NCBI GenBank assembly: GCA_964016885.1
Contig: OZ024763.1
Coordinates: 20,150,001-20,214,000 of the forward strand
Source: Eledone cirrhosa
Taxonomy: Eukaryota
Direction of reading: 5' to 3'
Length of the DNA: 64,000 nt
The position numbers and the translations under genes are program-made. The notes under the pieces were generated by a model that was given only the letters and a program-made list of their open reading frames with translations, was not told where the DNA came from and ran no database searches. Positions 31,080 through 44,303 of the stretch are shown one piece after another (the first letter of the stretch is position 1; each line of letters opens with the position of its first letter).

Positions 31080-31942
31080 CTAGCAGAATGGCCCGGCGTT
31101 GCTCGGGATTTGCTATAGGGTTCTTATATATTTGATATATATTTATCCTTATCGAACCTCGTGAAATAAATACGTTTGTTTATATTTTGTTATTGTGTAT
31201 GCAAAAATATCTGTCCATAAATATATAATTATATATATATTAAAATAACAGACTAAAGTTTAAGCAAAGAATCACTGCTTTCACCCTTAACGGGATACTC
31301 TACCTAAAAGCAGTATGAAGTACATATACTAAGACTAATTGATGTAATCTTTGGCCTTGTTTGTTTATATTTTGTTTTTGTGTATGCAAAAATATCTGTA
31401 CACGAATATCTATATTAAAATAACATATTAATGTTTAAGCAAAGAAACGCTGCTTTCAACCTTAACGGGATCTTCTTAAACTAAAAAAATCAATCTGGAA
31501 AACAGGAAGACGATACTTTGGTTCGTGAAGACGTTCCCTGGCATAAGAATATACACACACACACACTGATCGCGTCATAATGACGTAATGCAGACAGCCA
31601 GGCATACAGACAGATATTATGAAGGCGCGACGTGGATTGGCAGTATCGGTAGAGGGTCGGACGCCATGCTTTCCAGCATAGTTACGTCCCTTTACGATCT
31701 GAGTTCAAATCCCGCCGAGGTTAACTTTGCCTTTCATCCTTACGGGGTCGATAAAATAAAGTACCAGTAATGCACTGGGCAATTGCTGGCCTTGTGCCTA
31801 AAGTAGAAACAATTATGAAGGCGCGACGTCATATCTATGTATCTATCTAAAAAGACTAAGAGAAAGAGAAAGAGATCGCTATCCCATAAGGGAAGCAGAC
31901 GACATATACACATGTATATAAATATATATAATAATAATAAGA
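31080..31942 (-). mobile_element. Non-autonomous Helitron-type element
   Basis: ctagcagaatggcccggcgttgctcggg is the reverse complement of the Helitron 3' end at 3571-3598. The 5' end (TC at 31942) is tentative. Confidence 0.6.
31634..31811 (+). mobile_element. SINE family A nested in the Helitron
   Basis: 18-bp TSD attatgaaggcgcgacgt at 31616-31633 and 31812-31829. A and B boxes present. Confidence 0.9.
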
Positions 31943-32163
31943 TATATATATTTCGTTTCTGAATTTGTTTAGCAAGATTCTTTATCTGAAATCGTGTGTT
32001 GAAACCGATATTGTTATACTTTGGGAGGGTCATGTTGCCAATAAGAAACACACGCACCAGTTGCTTTCACTTCAATTTATTATAATAAATTTATAATAAA
32101 TTTATAAATTTATAAATTTCTGGTTGGTTGGTTGGTTCCACAACCAGATAGTTGTATATATAT

Positions 32164-32208
32164 AGTCATAGTTCTTTCGTCACACACTCTGTGACCTCTT
32201 CAGTGACT
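32164..32208 (-). ncRNA. Minimal type I hammerhead ribozyme motif in the pLTR
   Basis: AGUCA-CUGAAGA-G-GUCAC(7)GUGAC-GAAA-GAAC-UA|UGACU. Confidence 0.78.
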
Positions 32209-32408
32209 GGGGATTCCTTTCTTTGTGTCTGTGCCTCTCCTTTGTTCTCTCCTACGCCATTTTGTTTCTGTGTGTGTGTTGTGTGCTCAGTCTGCGCATG
32301 CGCCACATCCGGGTGTCTGTGTGTGTTTATGTTCATTTATTTATTTGTTTATTTACATGTTACTGGTTGGTTGTTTGTTCTATGTGTGTGTGTGTTTTCA
32401 TTTTGTCC

Positions 32409-33050
32409 TTAATTGTAAATTGTGATGTTGCTGTTCCACTCATATTTTCTATTTAATTTTGGTTGTAATTCTTTTATGTTTATTGCCTCTGAAATTTGTC
32501 TAAACATTGCGTCTTTTCTGTGTGTAGATTCTATTTTTATTTCTATGTTCTCTAATTTACCCTTGTGTTCTATCTTAGCATGTTGGTAGAGTACAGATGA
32601 TTCTTTATTATCTTGAAGGTCTCGCCAGTGTTCATTTATCCGTTCCCCTACACTACGAGCTGTCTCACCTATGTACACTATATTTTTGTCTCTACATTGT
32701 CCTTCAGTGCATCTTATGCTATACACTACATTTCTAGTTTTACAGTTAATATGGGGGCTTATTTTACAGGTTATACATTTCTTATCTATACATGAGGGTC
32801 TTTGAAAAGGGTATGTCTTGCTAATAAGTGTTTTTACGGAGGTACCTGGTCTTTCTACTATCTTAATATTGAGTTTGTTTATTTAGGGCCCTTCTAAATT
32901 TGTAAGCTAATTCACTTCTAGGGGTTGTATCGATGAACATTACACTCTGGTATTTATTGCTATCATACCATGAGTTTATTCTATTAGCCTTGTTCCTAGT
33001 TCTTTCTATTCTATTCCAAAATTTGCTCCTATACAAGGGGCAGGTCCCAT
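32409..33050 (-). pseudogene. PLE thumb/linker + GIY-YIG endonuclease, one frameshift (~32880), RT core absent
   Basis: Manual translation: PLYRSKFW..WYDSNKYQSVMFIDTTPRSELA / KIVERPGTSVKTLI..CIDKKCITC..CKTRNVVYSIRC..VYIGETARS.GERINEH..RQISEAINI..LNRKYEW. Confidence 0.88.
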
Positions 33051-33051
33051 T

Positions 33052-33252
33052 TATGGTGCAATGTCAACTCTGGATGTCGGTGAGCATGTCCAGCTAACCT
33101 CAGTCTCCTCTGTGTCACTTTTGAGCTGACTTTTGGGAGGCTCCCATACAGCTCTGAGTTTTACATCCTCAGTGTATACTGATTAATGTTCAGAGCGATC
33201 CTCACCATTCTCGTGTAGCACCCATCCACCATCTGAGTGAGTTTCTTGGTCA
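33052..33252 (-). pseudogene. RTE/RTE-X-like LINE ORF2 C-terminal fragment
   Basis: Manual translation: LTKKLTQMVDGCYTRMVRIALNI...*NSELYGSLPKVSSKVTQRRLRLAGHAHRH. Confidence 0.7.
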
Positions 33253-33292
<40 letters not shown>

Positions 33293-34028
33293 GAGTATAT
33301 ATATATATAATTGGTGTTGGAATGCTTAAAGCGTCCGTATGCGGTAGGCCGTTTGAACACTCGATGCCCTCATAGAGCAGAGTATGATATCACAGAAAAA
33401 AGAGAATCAGTGTTGAGACGAAAATCTGCTTCGTAGAATCGAGACGTATTCGAGGACCGCGCGATTTCAGAGTCAGGTTTGATCACCACATCGATCGTGC
33501 CTCGAGCTGGTGGCCAGAGACTTGTCTTGTATAATCATGTATACAACACCTCGTTGGTTCCGTTGGGTGTTTATATCTTTCATTGGTAACTAACAGGCAG
33601 CTATATATATATATATATATATATACACTGTCACACGAGACTGATGGAGATGTAGTGGTGGTGATGGTGGGAATGTATGTATATATGTATGTATATATGT
33701 GTGTATATATATATATGTATGTGTATATATATACAAACGAAAATGTCTGTCTGTATGCAGGCGATGCATTTCCTCAGTTTCCATTGTATTTTGTTCCAAT
33801 TTGATACATAGCTTATTTAGCTTCCGGGGCATGTCAACATAAAGTTTAAATCTTGCTTTCCCCTAAAATAGCAGAGTTCTGGGGCTATTTAAAGACGGCC
33901 TTGTTGAGGCTTATGCCCGAAATGTCGCACCCACATCCCTCCACTCTTCATAAGCGTGAACCTAATACCTTTCGTAACTTGTACTCCTGCGTTGTTGCTT
34001 TTTACTTTCCTATATATATATATATACA

Positions 34029-34095
<67 letters not shown>

Positions 34096-34489
34096 TACAT
34101 ATATCGTTCTCACTCTTTTATTTTACTTCACTGTTCTTTGTTTCTCTTATTACCTTGACATTTTTACCAAACACTCCTTGTCTGGCTTCCAAATAACCAA
34201 ACTTATTTCTCATTTGTATATATTTATCTAGTCATAATATTTTTATGTACTTATCTCTGTTGTTGTCGAAAGATACCCATACATTTTCCTGCCCATTTTC
34301 TGATCTGTTATCGTCTCACGTGTATCTTACCAACAGAGCTGTTCTTCAATCTGTTGCACAAACTAGTATCACAAGTGCAATATCACCTTAATGCGCGAAA
34401 TTGCATGCCAGCAAGGTGGTTCACGAGGCAGAGATACAGTTGTCTATTTCCTCTTATATAACTAGGTTCAATGTGTTCTTTTTCTAATA

Positions 34490-34640
34490 ATTGTTTCTAC
34501 GTTAGGCACAAGGCCAGCAATTACCCAGTGTATTACTGGTACTTTATTTTATCGACCCCGTAAGGATGAAAGTTAAACTCGGCGGGATTTGAACTCAGAA
34601 TGGCAAGGGCCGTAACTCTATGCGTCAAAGCATGCCGTCC
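34490..34640 (-). mobile_element. SINE family A, truncated
   Basis: Sequence identity to the other copies. Confidence 0.85.
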
Positions 34641-34660
34641 GTTCTTTTTCTAATAATAAT

Positions 34661-34708
<48 letters not shown>

Positions 34709-34934
34709 ATAAATATATATGTATATACCCAGAGTCGGGTCTGATCGATACGGATCGTACCTTGAGCTGATCAATCACGAAACGCGCGTCACACTTGAAT
34801 AAGCTTAATGATAATACACCTCGTTCCTACTCGCCCCCCTCTTCAACCCTGCCCCCCCTCTTCCGCCCTGCTCCATCTCTCCCTCTCTCTCATCTCTCCC
34901 CCTGTCTCTGATATAGATGTAAATGTATATATAC

Positions 34935-34980
<46 letters not shown>

Positions 34981-35157
34981 AGTGTGTTTGAATAAAACGA
35001 AAAAAATCTTGCACCAAATCAGAACTAAAAAAAAAGAAAGAAAAAAAAGGTCAACAAGAAAGAATGGAATCTGAACATAAAATGGAGGGAAGTGGTGGAG
35101 GGAGAGTGATGGAGGGATGAAAAATAAGGTGAGAGAGAATAAATGGAGTGAACTTAC

Positions 35158-35302
35158 TAGCATCAATGTAATTTCCGGTTGAGATGTAATACGATGTTCC
35201 GGTTGCTAAGAGCTCCGAACTATCCACATAGAGGAATTTCAAAGTTAAGAATCCGAGCACGATGTTCATTGGTAATATCCAGGGTATTTGACAGTTACCC
35301 AT
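35158..35302 (-). CDS. First coding exon (signal-peptide-like) of the FN3-TM gene
   Basis: Acceptor tttccttcttgtcttttccag| at 35310 and start context aaacATGg. 48 codons (MGNCQIPWILPMNIVLGFLTLKFLYVDS...) plus 1 nt, then donor GTAAGT at 35157. Phase 1 matches the 15307 exon. Confidence 0.7.
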
Positions 35303-35530
35303 GTTTCAACTGGAAAAGACAAGAAGGAAACAAATGGTAAACGTTTTCGAAGGATTCGGCTTGTGTGTGAGTTGCATGTGATAGGGTTTATATATATGTG
35401 TGTGTTGCATGTGATAGGGTGTATATATATATATATTTATATATGTAGGAGGTGAGTTTTATTGTAGTACAATAAAGCAATGCAGATATCGGATAAGAAG
35501 CACTCTACAGTTTGTAGGACTGGAGTATAC

Positions 35531-35858
35531 ATAATATATAAGATCAACAGATGGTTAAAGGAGTTCCATGTATTTTATTATGCGCATTTCAAAAACAAAC
35601 ATCATCATGCAATAATATTTGTGTTTTCATCAGATAAAACAGAACATGATATGAAGGCTAAAAAACACTTGTGGATAGTGCAGTTGATATGTTGATTTAA
35701 AACTGCACTATCCACAAGTGTTTTTTAGCCTTCATATCATGTTCTCCTGTTTTATCTGATGAAAACACAAATATTATTGCATGATGATGTTTGTTTTTGA
35801 AATGCGCATAATAAAATACATGGAACTCCTTTAACCATCTTTTGATCTTATATATTAT
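35531..35858. repeat. Fold-back inverted repeat (~155 bp arms, 15 bp spacer)
   Basis: 35531-35685 versus 35701-35858. Ends in (TA)n. Confidence 0.9.
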
Positions 35859-35888
35859 ATATTTATATATATATATATATATATATAT

Positions 35889-36076
35889 AATTGTTTCTAC
35901 TTTAGGCACAAGGCCAGCAATCACCCAGTGCATTACTGGTACTTTATTTTATCGACCCCGTAAGGATGAAAGGCAAAGTCAACCTCGGCGGGATTTGAAC
36001 TCAGATCATAAAGGGACGTAACTATGCTGGAAAGCATGGCGTCCGACCCTCTACCGATACTCCCAATCCACCGCCT
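35889..36076 (-). mobile_element. SINE family A, full length
   Basis: A and B boxes, conserved body and tail. Confidence 0.9.
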
Positions 36077-36204
36077 AATATATTCTTTTTAAAGCCATGT
36101 CAGTAGAATGAGCCCCTCATTCTTGCTATATATATAATGTGTGTGTGTGTGTTGCATGTGATAGGGTTTATATATGTGTGTGTGTTACATGTGATGATAG
36201 GTTT

Positions 36205-36543
36205 TAAGAGATGTCAACATGAAAGGACCTGTTATTTTTATCTAAAGAGATTTTTTCCAACCCACCCGTCCCCTCAATCTATCTTATTTCTCATTCTTTC
36301 TTCTGATGAAGGACTAGCGCCCGAAACGTTAAGACTCCCTTCCTGCTATATCAAGCGTTAACCTAATATATTCTTTTTAAAGCCATGTCAGTAGAATGAG
36401 CCCCTCATTCTTGCTCTTGAGTTGGCACGTAAACAGAACTGCAGACACTGTTTCTGGGTGATTACCTTTCATCAGTTCTGTTTACATGCCAACTGAAGAG
36501 TAAGAATGAGGGGATCATTCTACTGACATGGCTTTAAAAAAGA
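36205..36543 (+). mobile_element. PLE-type pLTR (family 2) with inverted arm
   Basis: Similar to 37815-37985 and 15880-16010. 36373-36446 is inverted at 36472-36543. Confidence 0.7.
36299..36334 (+). ncRNA. Minimal hammerhead motif with palindromic stem III
   Basis: UCUU-CUGAUGA-A-GGAC(uagc)GCCC-GAAA-CG-UU|AAGA. The AACGUU palindrome is typical of dimer-forming minimal HHRs. Confidence 0.75.
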
Positions 36544-37074
36544 GGTTGTTTGCATAATTGAAAACGAATCGAATATTATTATCAATATTCGAAAAACTCA
36601 GATTACATTATATATATATATATATATATATAACCGAATGACAAACACTACGGAGGTTCGAAGAGGAAATCGATGAAACACGAGAGCCATGGAGAGAGAG
36701 AGATAGAGAAGGGGGAGGGTTTGTGATAAAAAAGACCACAACCCAACTGAGATACATGGTGAGAAACAACATAGAAAATAATTCAACACCAAAAGAAAAA
36801 GAAAAAAAAAACTAATAGTAAAAGGCAGCAATAATTGTTGAGGCTAAAATAAGTCATTTATCTTTATCCTAACGCCATACTAGCAGGAATTATTTGAAAA
36901 TGACAAACATAGACGTCTGCAGTGATGTATTAATAGAAGTAGATATATTCTGCTGTTAGAAGAGGATGTATAGAACAGAATAGAATGGAAGGATGTAAGC
37001 GTCGGAATTGTGTGTTATGAAGCATATATACACATATATATACACACACACACACATATATATATATATGTATA

Positions 37075-37141
<67 letters not shown>

Positions 37142-37265
37142 ATAATAAATTTGAAGACTAAAATCCAAAGAGGGCTCGATAAGGATAAATATATATCAAA
37201 TATATAAGAACCGTAGAGCAAATATTTATTAAAATAACAGATTATATATATATATATATATATAT

Positions 37266-37462
37266 ATAGGAACCAGTAAGACCCCGACAGCTGAGCTCAA
37301 GCCGTTTCGACGGCTAATTCTGGACTCAGAATTAGCCGTCGAAACGGCTTGAGCTCAGCTGTCGGGGTCTTACTGGTTCCTATTACCCACTCTACTACCT
37401 CAAGTATTGAGTACTTTGGTGCGTTATGGTCCACCTGGTTCCTTACCACATTTCCTTCGTTA
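37266..37462 (+). mobile_element. Hairpin-headed short element, copy 2
   Basis: Palindrome 37266-37383 plus the conserved tail. (TA)n flanks. Confidence 0.88.
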
Positions 37463-37542
37463 TATATATATATATATATATATAAGTTTGAAGAATTATC
37501 GGCGCATGTGGCTTCATCAGCGGATATATATATATATATATA

Positions 37543-37653
37543 TCCGCTGATGAAGCCACATGCGCCGATTATGCATTGCTGCATAATATATGCGGACAGC
37601 GGGTGCAGTGCACTCTACTGTTACATTAAATGTGGCCGAAACTCGAGTTCGGG
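37543..37653 (+). ncRNA. Type I hammerhead motif with extended stem II
   Basis: UCCG-CUGAUGA-A-GCCACAU...(~68 nt)...AUGUGGC-C-GAAAC-UCGA-GUU|CGGG. Confidence 0.65.
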
Positions 37654-38029
37654 AACTACTGCAGGTACTTGATTACGTGTGTTGTATGTGTATGTGTATT
37701 CTCTGGTAGTGTATTTAACATTACCTATTGAGTACGCTGAGATGCAACCGCCCTAGCATTGATACCTATGCTGGGTCCGTCAGCTTCTTATTATAAATAT
37801 ATATATATATATGCAAGAGATGTCAACATGAATGGACCTGTTATTTTTATCTAAAGACATTTTTTCCAACCCGCTCGTACCCTCAATCTATCTTATTTCT
37901 CATTCTTTCTTCTAATGAAGGTCTAGCGTCCGAAACGTTAAGACCCTCTTCCTGCTATATCAAACGTTAGCCTAATATATTCCTTCCATATACTGTACCG
38001 ATTATGTTGTTATTTCTGTTTACCTTTTA

Positions 38030-38262
<233 letters not shown>

Positions 38263-38289
38263 GCGATATAAACACATATAAACACACAC

Positions 38290-38701
38290 GAGCGGATAAA
38301 TCTTTCGCCTTTTACTAAACTAAGATAGAATACAATAACCAAAACAGTCTTCCAAACACGAACACACGCAAACGCATGCGCAGAGAAGAAGACAAAAATA
38401 AATAAATAAACGGATTAAATAAAGATGGCGTAGACATACAATACAACAGGAGGAAACATAATAGCACACTGACGATGTTGCAGATGTGCAACGAAAGAAC
38501 TTTGTTAGTCTATATATATGTGTTTGTGTCTATATTATATCTGTATTTTTGACCATTGGTCACTCAATGGTAACATTGAGGACCGAGTAAATTAAATTAA
38601 CTGATATAAAAGATACAGATGCGAAAACCAACCAAACAGTGAGTGTGTTCTATTATTAATTCTGGCAATATTATTACACAAATATGACCCTCCCCAAGTA
38701 T

Positions 38702-38708
<7 letters not shown>
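38290..38708 (+). mobile_element. PLE pLTR related to the GIY-YIG element, with HHR at 38464-38505
   Basis: ACA-CUGACGA-U-GUUGCA(gaug)UGCAAC-GAAA-GAAC-UU|UGU. Ends atgaccctccccaagtataacaata(TA)n, as at 4588-4613. The 5' boundary is approximate. Confidence 0.75.
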
Positions 38709-38746
<38 letters not shown>

Positions 38747-38968
38747 GTTTGATTCAGTGGATTACTGGTGGATTTACCAAAACAAGCACACACACACATC
38801 TCAACATATCAAATATGTTTGATTTTTGTGCTTCTCAATAAGAAATCTCAGACCTATTCTAATTCAGAATGAAACTGCGCTAGAAGGAATGTTATTGTTC
38901 CTATCTAGAGTGCATATTTTTCTTTGAAATATCTGCTTTGTATATATACACATCTCTCTCTCTCTCTC

Positions 38969-39515
<547 letters not shown>

Positions 39516-39659
39516 GATATGTGTTTGTATATATATATGTAGATATGTGTTTGTATATATATATGTAGATATGTGTGTGTATATATATAGATAGATAGAT
39601 ATGTGTATATATATAGATATAGATGTGTATATAGATGTGTGTGTGTGTGTGTATATAGA

Positions 39660-39702
<43 letters not shown>

Positions 39703-39754
39703 GTATATGAATGTATGTATAGTATATTTGGCAATATACCGTATATATAGATAC

Positions 39755-39829
<75 letters not shown>

Positions 39830-40800
39830 CGTGTGTGTGTATATATATATATCTTTTAATTTTGAATTATATATATTACTATGGGAGATTAAAATTCTTG
39901 GACGAAAAAATGCTAAGAACTGATGACGCTAGTAGAGAGAGTTATAATCTAATGACTGGTCCCTGGAAGGGAGCCAATACCAAAATTGGCAGCTGCACCA
40001 CTCCAAGCCCATTTCCAAAGATACTGAGTGCCAGTTGGCACACGAATGTTTTGGGTTCTTTTTTTTTTTTGTTATATACTTTATTAATACATATGTATCA
40101 ATGTAAACGACAGCTTATCTGTAGAGTCAGTAGAGCGTCGGATAGATAGCTTTGTGGTGTTGTTTCGGTTCTCGGCTCTCTCGGACTCTCTCTGGGTTTG
40201 CTTGTTTCATCTTTCCCGAGGTCGATAAATAAAGTATCTGTCAAGTACTGGCTGTGTTAATTGTTCCCACCTTCTGCCTCTCTCTCTCTGGAAAAGGGAT
40301 AGGCTTCGTTAGGTTTACAGTGCTCAAGATATGCCAAATGGCACTACGGTGTCCTTACCACTCCGTCCGGTGTTAGGGTCCATACATATTTACAGCTGTG
40401 GTGATACTGGTGGTAGAGGGGGGGCTAGTGGTAGGGGGGGGGGGCTGTGGTGATAGTAGTGGGTTTAGTGGTGGTAGAGGAGGTAGTTTGAGCTAGTGGT
40501 GGGGGTAGTGGTAGTAGGGGGTCGTGGTGGTAGTGGGGGATGGCGGTGAGTGTTGTGGGGGTTAGTGGTAGTGGGGGAGGAGTAGTGGGGGCTAGTGGTG
40601 GTGGTAGCGGTGGTAGTAGTTGGTTTAGTGGTGGTGGTAGTGGTGGTAGTAGTTGACTTGGCTGGGATATTGAATCTGTAGCCAGGTTTAACACCACCAT
40701 GTCATAGAATAGACTTGTAACTCCTGATGGAGTCGTACAGGCCCCACGGTGAACACGGAATTTTTAAAGTATTTTAAACCTGCCAGAGCCCACCCTATCC

Positions 40801-40856
<56 letters not shown>

Positions 40857-40989
40857 AAGGTATATATTGAGTTAGAATCTCAAAATAGACTCTTACAATT
40901 AAATAGCTCAAGGAAAGAGATTTTTCTTGTCCCTTAGGATTTGAACACATATATGTATATATCTGTGTTTATCTCTCTTTTATATTCAA

Positions 40990-41036
<47 letters not shown>

Positions 41037-41039
<3 letters not shown>

Positions 41040-41433
41040 GAGGGCAATCCCAAAAGTAAGGTCTCCTACCGATATTGCAACTTTTCCGTTAAAATCCTGT
41101 GGATGGTGCTTCAGGAAACCTCAGGAACCAAAATGCAGAGAGCATCCAGAGTGATCCGCCGATCTTTACGCATGTTTTCCTCGGAAGGAGACCTTACTTT
41201 TGGGCTTGCCCTCTATATAATAACTGCGCGAAATTCGCACTTGGCGGTAGCGTTCAACGGGAGCTCCATTCTCAACGGCTGCCAAGCCAAGATTGAGCAT
41301 CCCAGCGGAGCACGCGCATGCTTGTTTGGGAGTGAAGGAAGCACCAATCACAATAGTGTTGCCAACAGCCGTACGAACAGTTTCTCTGCGTCCCCATCGC
41401 TTTGGAGACCTTACTTTTGGGATTACCCTCGTA
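41037..41433. mobile_element. Mariner-type MITE with a third, internal TIR
   Basis: tacgagggcaatcccaaaagtaaggtctcc ... ggagaccttacttttgggattaccctcgta, with an extra TIR at 41187-41215. TA flanks. Confidence 0.85.
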
Positions 41434-41649
41434 TATATATATATTTGCTTTTAGCGTGTAATCACAGATAGTTAAATATTCCCCTTTGCCGATGATCCAA
41501 GATTTGACATATATGATTCACCGATTAATGGTGAAATCAAAGGAGATTAATCATTATTGCAGGTTCTTGTTAATTTTTAATATGTTACCTCCGAAACTAT
41601 GTGTGTTTACACTCTTTACAAATTATCCCCTGTAATGGTTTGATATGTT

Positions 41650-41690
<41 letters not shown>

Positions 41691-41691
41691 T

Positions 41692-41833
41692 GTCAATCGA
41701 TTTTTAATTTGTTATACTTGGGGAGGGTCATATTGTTGTAATAATAACAGAACACACTCACTGTTCGATTGGTTTTATATCTCCATAGTTAATTTATTTG
41801 GCAATCAATGTTTATCATTGATTGACCAACGGT

Positions 41834-41875
<42 letters not shown>

Positions 41876-42014
41876 AATCGATTTTTAATTTGTTATACTT
41901 GGGGAGGGTCATATTGTTGTAATAATAACAGAACACACTCACTGTTCGATTGGTTTTATATCTCCATAGTTAATTTATTTGGCAATCAATGTTTATCATT
42001 GATTGACCAACGGT

Positions 42015-42020
<6 letters not shown>
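41692..42020 (-). repeat. Tandem duplication (180 bp period) of a pLTR end fragment
   Basis: 41692-41840 is identical to 41872-42020. Contains ttgttatacttggggagggtcat. Another related copy lies at 42720-42960. Confidence 0.8.
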
Positions 42021-42066
<46 letters not shown>

Positions 42067-42137
42067 GTCTATCGAAGTTTTAATTTAATGTTAATAAATG
42101 GTCGTATTTTTTACTTGGAATATTTAATCTAATTTTG

Positions 42138-42170
<33 letters not shown>

Positions 42171-42174
<4 letters not shown>

Positions 42175-42383
42175 TTGTTTCTACTTTTGGCACAAGGCCA
42201 GCAATTATCCCAGTGTATTACTGGTACTTTATTTTTTCGACCCCGTAAGGATGAAAGGCAAAGTTAACTTCGGCGGGATTTTGAGGTTAACTTTGCCTTT
42301 CATCCTTTCGGGGTCGAAAAAATAAAGTACCAGTAATACACTTGGATAATTGCTGGCCTTGTGCCAAAAGTAGAAACAATTAT
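42171..42383. mobile_element. Head-to-head inverted pair of SINE A 3' halves
   Basis: 42171-42268 versus 42286-42383, in (TA)n. Confidence 0.9.
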
Positions 42384-42599
42384 ATTTATATATATATATA
42401 TATTTATATATATAGTATGGTTTAAGTATCGTAAGAGAGGATGAAGCAGAAAGGTACAAAGAGGTGCGATACAGAATACTAAATGCCAATAGCCGAAGCG
42501 TGTTACGCTCGATGCTTGAGTTAACAGGGTTAAATATTAGAGGAAGTTAATATTTTGCGTATGGTTTCAGCAGAGCGGGAATAAGCAAATGAATGAGTA

Positions 42600-42667
42600 A
42601 AGGAGTTACAAGCCGTTAAAATAAGTCCTTTATATAAAGGACTTATTTTAACGGCTTGTAACTCCTT
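42600..42667. repeat. Perfect 68-bp palindrome centred on tatata
   Basis: aaggagttacaagccgttaaaataagtcctttat|ataaaggacttattttaacggcttgtaactcctt. Extends imperfectly to 42581-42698. Confidence 0.92.
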
Positions 42668-42989
42668 CTCTCATTCATTCATTCATTCATTTGCTTATAT
42701 ATATATATTTATAGCGGCGATGAATTAGTTTAGCGAGGTTTTTTATATGAAATCGTGTGTCGAAACAGATATTGTTATACTTGGGGAGGGTCATATTTGC
42801 GTAATATTGCCAGAATTAATAACAGAACACACTCACTGTTTGGTTGGTTTTCGCTTTTCGCTGTCTTTTATATCTGCGATCTAACTTACTCGGTCCTCAA
42901 TGTTGCCATTGACTGACCGACGGTTAAAAATAATACAGATACAATATAGACACAAACACATATATATTTATATATATATATATATATAG

Positions 42990-43605
42990 GTGTCCAGGGC
43001 ACTTGTAACAGCCCCCTTCATCTCCTCCATATCCTCAAAGCGGATACCCATAAGCTTCGGATACCCCTAAGCTTCGGGAACATCCAGAAATCACATGGAG
43101 CTAAGTCTGGACTGTAGGCAGGATTTGTGGCAGGGAGTGTTGTCCTGGTACAGGGGCCACTGACCAAACTTGAAGAGTTCTGGTCTCGTGCGACGAAATC
43201 TCTTTCTGAACTGCTTTAAAAAACCCTCTACAGGGTGCTTTGTGTTGACTGTCTGGCCGTGGGGGTGGGGGTGGGGTGGGGTGGGGCAGTCGAAGTAGAT
43301 GATGCTCTTGCTGTCAAAGAATGGGATTATCATGAGCTTTTTACAGTGGACCTGCTTTGCCTGGCCTTCTTGGGTCTTGGGGAGTCAGAATTTTTCTGAT
43401 GTCCACTCTGTCTTTTGGTCTCTGGTTCATAACAGTAGACCCAGCTCTCGCCACAGGTTACCCGAGACTCAAGGACTCTTGGATTCGAAGCTATCAACTC
43501 GACCTTCTACCTGTTGACATCAACGCACCCCTGCCTTTGATCATCATTGAGTACCCTGAGAACAAACTTTGCGCATGTTCAGATCGTCATGAAAACCGGA
43601 ACTAA
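42990..43605 (-). pseudogene. Mariner DD34D transposase remnant
   Basis: FFDSKSII..GQTVN..RRTRPELFKFGQWPLYQDNTPCH, then YSPDLAPCDFWMFPKL in another frame. Probable TIR at 44283-44306. Confidence 0.85.
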
Positions 43606-43644
43606 TACTGCTAAGCATTCTATCCGACCTTCTAACGACTTGGT

Positions 43645-44280
43645 AGCATCATTCCTTCATAGTCTGCCTATGAACATTTCTGCCTCCGCTCCCATAATAT
43701 ATAAATACTTTTCATAACATGCAAGATTTCACAGCCCTAGCATCACAACATCACTCCTTCATAGTCAGCCTATGAACATTTCTGCCTCCGCTCCCATAAC
43801 ATATAAATACTTTTCATAACATGCAAGATTTCACAGCCCTAGCATCACAACATCACTCCTTCATAGTCACCCTATGAACATTTCTGCCTCCGCTCCCATA
43901 ATATATAAATACTTTTCATAACATGCAAGATTTCACAGCACTAGCATCACAACATCACTCCTTCATAGTCTGCCTATGAACATTTCTGCCTCCGCTCCCA
44001 TAATATATAAATACTTTTCATAACATGCAAGATTTCACAGCCCTAGCATCACAACATCACTCCTTCATAGTCACCCTATGAACATTTCTGCCTCCGCTCC
44101 CATAATATATAAATACTTTTCATAACATGCAAGATTTCACAGCCCTAGCATCACAACATCACTCCTTCATAGTCACCCTATCAACATTTCTGCCTCCACT
44201 CCCATAATATATAAATACTTTTCATAACATGCAAGATTTCACAGCCCTAGCATCACAACATCACTCCTTCATAGTCTGCC
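43645..44280. repeat. 102-bp tandem repeat, ~6 copies
   Basis: gcaagatttc recurs at 43721, 43823, 43925, 44027, 44129 and 44231. Confidence 0.95.
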
Positions 44281-44303
44281 TCAGATCATTTCAGTCCACC
44301 CTC

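Larger units (their letters stand above)
31952..33050 (-). mobile_element. Penelope-like retroelement, 5'-truncated (Naiad/Neptune-like), with 3' pLTR
   Basis: GIY-YIG coding region followed by an HHR-bearing terminal repeat that ends in (TA)n. Confidence 0.88.

Noticed and set aside
34730-34795. Complete hammerhead ending GAAACGCGCGUC
   Set aside because: The upstream core reads CUGAUCGA and stem II cannot be paired convincingly. Kept only as a half-motif.
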